DNA of 64,000 nt, taken from positions 96,001 to 160,000 of the forward strand of contig CAWIPH010000002.1 in assembly GCA_963837955.1 (NCBI GenBank), read 5' to 3'. Below the pieces are notes generated by a model. The model was not told where the DNA came from. It saw only the letters and a list, made by a program, of their open reading frames with translations, and did not search any database. This DNA is from an uncultured Verrucomicrobiae bacterium. GTDB lineage: Bacteria > Verrucomicrobiota > Verrucomicrobiia > Chthoniobacterales > JAFAMB01. The translations under genes were made by a program, and so were the position numbers. Each line of letters starts with the position of its first letter. Positions within the stretch are counted from its first letter, which is position 1. Shown piece after piece: positions 59,619 through 64,000 of the stretch.

Positions 59619-60698
59619 TTGATGAAGATGAAAACTAGCGGCACGCCGATAGAAAAAACTCCGTCCAGCGGAAGCGTGCAAAACCGAGGGCCACGGGATC
59701 GAGGGCGAAAAGCGGGGCGGCGCGGATTCAACCAGGCCTGGCTTTCTCCGATCATCCTCACACCGACGATGATCGCAATAATCGTCTTCGTCTACGTCTT
59801 CATCGGAATCACGGTTTGGGTTTCCTTGTCCAAGTGGGGTACGCTCCGCATGAACCTGGACCTGCGCGATCCGTTCGGCTTTACCTATGTGCAGATGTTT
59901 GCGATGCCGCGTTGGCACGCGAACCTGCGGAATGTGGTGGTTTTCACGGTGCTGTTTTTAACTCTCTCCATGAGTCTTGGACTGGTTCTGGCACTGCTGA
60001 TCGACCGGAAGTTGATCGGTCACACGATTCTGCGGAACATCTTCCTATTTCCCTACGCACTTTCTTTCATCGTTACTGGGATTGCTTGGCGCTGGATCTT
60101 CAATCCGGAAACCGGAATAAATCTTCTGTTTGATGGACTCGGTATCAACCATCTCATTACCTCACTTGGTGGGCCGCCATTAAAGCCTGGATGGACCACT
60201 GATCCGGCGGTGCTCTTCTCCGTGAACGATTGGCTGGGGAACATCTTCCCTGCCGTAAAGGGTATGAGTATTCAGCTGGGCATTCCCTTAGCGATGATTC
60301 CAGTGGTGGTCGCGGCTGCCTGGCAGCTCAGCGGCTTTGCTATGGCCATGTATCTCGCTGGACTTGCTACGATTCCGAACGATCTGCGCGAAGCAGCGCG
60401 CATCGACGGAGCAACCGAAATCCAGATCTATCGGAAAGTGGTCCTGCCCTTACTGCAACCCGTGACAGTCAGCACGGCTATTATTCTGGGACATGTCTCG
60501 CTTAAGATTTTCGATCTAATTTTTGCGATGACCGGTACCGGTCCAGGGTTTGCCACCGATGTGCCCGGCATCTTTGTTTTTGACATGACGTTTAAGGCAA
60601 CCCGCTACAACCTTGGCGCCGCTGCTTCCGTCGTGATGCTCATCCTGGTGAGTCTGGTTATCGTTCCGTATCTCTGGGCCAATTTGAGACGTCGTTAA
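59619..60698 (+). CDS. Carbohydrate ABC permease 1
   Basis: Multiple TM segments; LREAARIDGA (EAA motif). Exact start uncertain. Confidence 0.92.
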   Translation: MMKMKTSGTPIEKTPSSGSVQNRGPRDRGRKAGRRGFNQAWLSPIILTPTMIAIIVFVYVFIGITVWVSLSKWGTLRMNLDLRDPFGFTYVQMFAMPRWHANLRNVVVFTVLFLTLSMSLGLVLALLIDRKLIGHTILRNIFLFPYALSFIVTGIAWRWIFNPETGINLLFDGLGINHLITSLGGPPLKPGWTTDPAVLFSVNDWLGNIFPAVKGMSIQLGIPLAMIPVVVAAAWQLSGFAMAMYLAGLATIPNDLREAARIDGATEIQIYRKVVLPLLQPVTVSTAIILGHVSLKIFDLIFAMTGTGPGFATDVPGIFVFDMTFKATRYNLGAAASVVMLILVSLVIVPYLWANLRRR

Positions 60699-60706
60699 GG
60701 ACTTTC

Positions 60707-61567
60707 ATGAAAGCATTTCCGTTCTCATTGCCGAACCGAGAGTCGCTGCCAAAGACTACCTTGGATTACGTCAGCCTGGTTTTCCTTTTCCTCTGCATGC
60801 TCTTCTTCCTGATGCCGCTGTACGTCATGGTGGTGACCGGCATGAAGGATTCGACCAATGTCAGTCTATCGACGATGTGGAATCTGCCGACCCGGCTCAG
60901 CGGCGGCGGCTTCATGGAAGCGTGGCAGCGACTGTTGCCGAACTTAGGTAACAGCTTGATGTTAGCGATCCCGGCAACGGTGATCTCCTCCATTCTAGGG
61001 AGCATCAACGGATATCTGTTCGCCAAATGGAAGTTCCCAGGTGCCAACGTTCTTTTCGCGTTCCTGGTGTTTGGGATGTTCATCCCATACCAGAGTATCC
61101 TCATCCCGCTGATTCAGTGGCTGCAGTTCATTCATCTGTACGGAACAATTTGGGGACTAATCATTGTGCATGTGATTTACGGGCTGCCGATCACCAGCCT
61201 GATTTTCCGGAACTATTTCGCGAACTTGCCTGATGAATTATTGGAAGCGGCACGCATTGACGGTGCCGGTCTAGTGCGAATTTTTACGCGGGTCATGTTG
61301 CCGCTGGCGAAACCAGCCTTCGTCGTTGTCGGTATTTTCCAATTTACGAACATTTGGAACGACTTCCTATTCGGCGTGACGATCTTGCCGAATCCGCAAG
61401 CCCAGCCGGTAACCGTCGCGCTGAATAATCTCTCGGGTTCATATTCCGTCGATTGGAACGTCGTTATGGCCGGGGCAGTGGTGGTAGCGCTTCCGACTGC
61501 CTTGGTTTACATCTTCTTGGGCCGTTACTTCATGCGCGGATTACTAGCGGGCTCGGTCAAAGGGTAA
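60707..61567 (+). CDS. Carbohydrate ABC permease 2
   Basis: LLEAARIDGAG, WNDFL, terminal GSVKG. Confidence 0.94.
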   Translation: MKAFPFSLPNRESLPKTTLDYVSLVFLFLCMLFFLMPLYVMVVTGMKDSTNVSLSTMWNLPTRLSGGGFMEAWQRLLPNLGNSLMLAIPATVISSILGSINGYLFAKWKFPGANVLFAFLVFGMFIPYQSILIPLIQWLQFIHLYGTIWGLIIVHVIYGLPITSLIFRNYFANLPDELLEAARIDGAGLVRIFTRVMLPLAKPAFVVVGIFQFTNIWNDFLFGVTILPNPQAQPVTVALNNLSGSYSVDWNVVMAGAVVVALPTALVYIFLGRYFMRGLLAGSVKG

Positions 61568-61606
61568 CCGGCTTTTTCCGAGGCGGCGTTTTACGATCAT
61601 TTGAGA

Positions 61607-63154
61607 ATGGAAACTTTCGATCTCGTTATCATCGGGACCGGGATGGGCGGAGGTGCACTGGCATATGCGTTGCGCAATTCCGGTCGAAAAATCCTCTTGA
61701 TCGAACGTGGGGATTTTCTCCCGAGAGAACCGGAGAATTGGAGTCCGGAGGCGGTGTTTGACGGCAAGCGATACAAGACGACCGAACTCTGGCACGATGA
61801 CGTTGGGAAACCATTTAGCCCTGGTGTGCACTATTTCGTGGGGGGAAACACAAAAGTCTACGGCGCAGCCCTTCCGCGCTTCCGCGAAGAAGACTTTGAA
61901 TCGCTAGAACACGAGGAAGGAACCTCTCCGGCCTGGCCGATCAAATACGGCGAGTTGTCGCCGTATTACGATCGCGCCGAAGAGATGCTATGGGTTCATG
62001 GGGAGGTCGGAAGCGATCCAACCGATCCGCCGCGGACCAAGCCATTTCCCTTTCCTGCGTTGGCCCATGAACCTTACATCGAAGATTTGCGGGCTCGACT
62101 GGCCAAGCAGGGTTTGCGCCCATTTTTTCTACCAATGGGGGTCGATTGGCGCGACGGAGGATTGTGTATTCGTTGTCGGACTTGCGACGGATTTCCTTGT
62201 CAGGTTGCTGCGAAAGCGGACGCCGAAACGAACTGTGTACGACCCGCTTTAGAGACTGGCTTGATCACGCTTTGGACTCGTAGTTTTGTGCGGCGGTTGC
62301 ACACGGATCCTTCGGGCCGGACCGTCGTTTCCGCAGAGATTGAGAAGGATGGACAAACGGAAGAGGTCCGAGCCGAGACCTTCGTCTTATCATGCGGTGC
62401 CGCGAATTCTGCGGCAGTCCTGCTCCGCTCCGCGAACAGCGCTCATCCGAACGGTTTGGCGAACGGCTCGGGATTGGTTGGCCGCAATTATATGGTTCAC
62501 AATAACACAGCACTGATGGCCATTGATCCGTTCCGGAAGAATCCGACGATGTTCCAAAAGACCATGGCTGTGAATGATTTTTATCTGCGCGGCGAAGGGA
62601 ACCATCCCTACCCGCTGGGAAACCTGCAACTGCTAGGCAAGCTGCAAGCAGGAATGCTCACGGCCAACCAACGGTGGATGCCGCGCTCGGTGCTGGCTGC
62701 TTTCACCGAGCGAAGCGTCGATTGGTGGGTGATGTCCGAAGATTTGCCGCGGCCGGACAATCAGGTGACTATCGATGGGAAGGGCGGGATCGTTGTTCAT
62801 TGGAAACCGACAAATCTCAAAGCGCACGCCCGACTCACTGAAGCCGGAACTCGCATGTTGCGTCGAGCCGGTTATTCCCTCGTGTTCACCCAACGCATGG
62901 GGATAGAAACCAACTCGCACCAGTGTGGCACCGCCCGATTCGGCTTAGACCCAGCCAGCTCTGTTCTTGATCCTTTCTGCCGAACGCACGACGTCAAGAA
63001 TCTGTTCGTTGTTGATAGTTCGTTTTTCCCATCGTCCGCCGCGGTGAATCCCGCGCTCACCATTGCCGCCCAAGCGCTCCGAGTTGCAGATCATCTGGCT
63101 GACCGAAGTCCGGCTCCGAGAAAGGCAGAGCAGCCGGTCAACCTTGCGCGATGA
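61607..63154 (+). CDS. GMC-family FAD oxidoreductase with Cys cluster
   Basis: IIGTGMGGG, VGGNTKVYGA, CIRCRTCDGFPC, HQCGTARFG.DP..SVLD, VNPALTI. Confidence 0.92.
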   Translation: METFDLVIIGTGMGGGALAYALRNSGRKILLIERGDFLPREPENWSPEAVFDGKRYKTTELWHDDVGKPFSPGVHYFVGGNTKVYGAALPRFREEDFESLEHEEGTSPAWPIKYGELSPYYDRAEEMLWVHGEVGSDPTDPPRTKPFPFPALAHEPYIEDLRARLAKQGLRPFFLPMGVDWRDGGLCIRCRTCDGFPCQVAAKADAETNCVRPALETGLITLWTRSFVRRLHTDPSGRTVVSAEIEKDGQTEEVRAETFVLSCGAANSAAVLLRSANSAHPNGLANGSGLVGRNYMVHNNTALMAIDPFRKNPTMFQKTMAVNDFYLRGEGNHPYPLGNLQLLGKLQAGMLTANQRWMPRSVLAAFTERSVDWWVMSEDLPRPDNQVTIDGKGGIVVHWKPTNLKAHARLTEAGTRMLRRAGYSLVFTQRMGIETNSHQCGTARFGLDPASSVLDPFCRTHDVKNLFVVDSSFFPSSAAVNPALTIAAQALRVADHLADRSPAPRKAEQPVNLAR

Positions 63155-64000
63155 AATTCGACGTCGCTACTTTCGGCGAAGCGATGGTGCTTTTCGCTCC
63201 GACAGAATCCGCTCTGTTGGAATCCGCCGAATCTCTCCACGCGTCAGTTGGCGGCGCCGAACTGAATTGCTCAATCGGTCTTGTCCGACTTGGGTACCAT
63301 GTCGGTTGGATCAGCCGATTAGGGAATGATCCTTTCGGCCACAAGATAATAAAGACCGCGCGTGGCGAGGGAGTCGACGTCAGTCGGGTCAAACTAGTGG
63401 ACGAAGCGCCGACCGGCGTGATGTTCAAAGAGGTGCGGCCCGGGAATGCCAGTCGAGTTTTTTATTACCGTAGGCGCTCGGCGGCGGCTGCGCTCGACCA
63501 GGACCAGTTTGCAGATGTGCAAGCTAAAGTGCTCTTTGTCACCGGCATTACGCCCGCCCTCAGCGACCAGAATCGTGCACTTACGGTCGCCGTGGTAGAT
63601 CAATTCCGGGCGAACGGAGCGTTGATCGTCTTTGACCCGAACATGCGGTTTCGACTTTGGGAGAAAGAAGCAGCAAGAACCGTCTTCATTGAGCTGGCCA
63701 ATCGGAGCGACGTCTTGCTTCCGAGCCTGGTCGATGCCGAGATTCTTTGTGGCAAAGGCAAGCCGGAAGCAATGCTCGATCGGCTTCGCGAATTGGGTCC
63801 GAGCCGGGTGGCCATTAAACTTGGCGAGGAAGGGGTTTTCTTTGCGGACGAGAAAAGCAGCGCGCACCTGCCCTGTTTTCCTGCCTCTGAAATCGACCCG
63901 GTGGGCGCGGGTGACGCGTTCTGTGCAGGCGTCATTTCCGGCCTACTCGACCATGCCCCTTTTGCGGAAGCGGTTAGGCGAGGCGCCGCTCTAGGTGCTT
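63151..64000 (+). CDS. kdgK: PfkB-family kinase, 2-keto-3-deoxygluconate kinase-like (runs off the window; absent from the ORF track)
   Basis: Own translation from ATG 63151: TFGEAMV, GGAELN...GLVRLG, YYR..SAA, TGITPALS, FDPNMRFRLW, DPVGAGDAF; ATGA overlap with the GMC gene. Confidence 0.85.
   Translation, partial: MKFDVATFGEAMVLFAPTESALLESAESLHASVGGAELNCSIGLVRLGYHVGWISRLGNDPFGHKIIKTARGEGVDVSRVKLVDEAPTGVMFKEVRPGNASRVFYYRRRSAAAALDQDQFADVQAKVLFVTGITPALSDQNRALTVAVVDQFRANGALIVFDPNMRFRLWEKEAARTVFIELANRSDVLLPSLVDAEILCGKGKPEAMLDRLRELGPSRVAIKLGEEGVFFADEKSSAHLPCFPASEIDPVGAGDAFCAGVISGLLDHAPFAEAVRRGAALGA

Noticed and set aside
63394..63994. ORF-track entries at the right end
   Set aside because: Shadows of the real PfkB/KdgK-like gene starting at 63151, which has no stop inside the window.

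Overview
Bacterial chromosomal segment, probably from a soil Verrucomicrobiota (Chthoniobacterales-like) genome. That assignment is inferred from the short RpoD-like sigma factor, the ECF/Ser-Thr kinase pair and the Pro/Thr-rich secreted proteins; it was not searched. 0-13 kb: surface-glycan locus with a complete GDP-heptose set (hddA, hddC, gmhA, gmhB), an acyltransferase, GT2, a GT-C-like membrane protein and a deacetylase, plus vapBC and an antisense four-helix-bundle cassette. 13-47 kb: tRNA-Thr, sigma factor, thiolase, two paralogous HAF-repeat/DUF6600 proteins, S10 peptidase, pbpC with alpha-2-macroglobulin, ECF sigma with a kinase-PEGA-FGE protein, a decayed IS1182, Lhr helicase and a FUSC protein. 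47.8-64 kb: a LacI-controlled catabolic operon (Afr-like reductase, CoA transferase, fused gluconate-2-DH-like GMC, crotonase, ALDH, GH88, sugar ABC components, second GMC, KdgK-like kinase). Two things stand out. (1) The operon can be read as a chemically coherent CoA-dependent route from 1,5-anhydrofructose/1,5-anhydromannitol to 2-keto-3-deoxygluconate; I do not know of a description of it, and it is inference from enzyme families. (2) Many intergenic regions hold nested inverted-repeat elements: heptamer/nonamer arrays outside, REP-like palindromes and MITEs inside. These include a MITE that keeps only the first and last codons of an IS200-like TnpA, and an IS1182 inserted inside a REP-like element. 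Several single-base frameshifts in otherwise intact genes look like assembly indels. All calls come from reading motifs by eye; no database searches were run.
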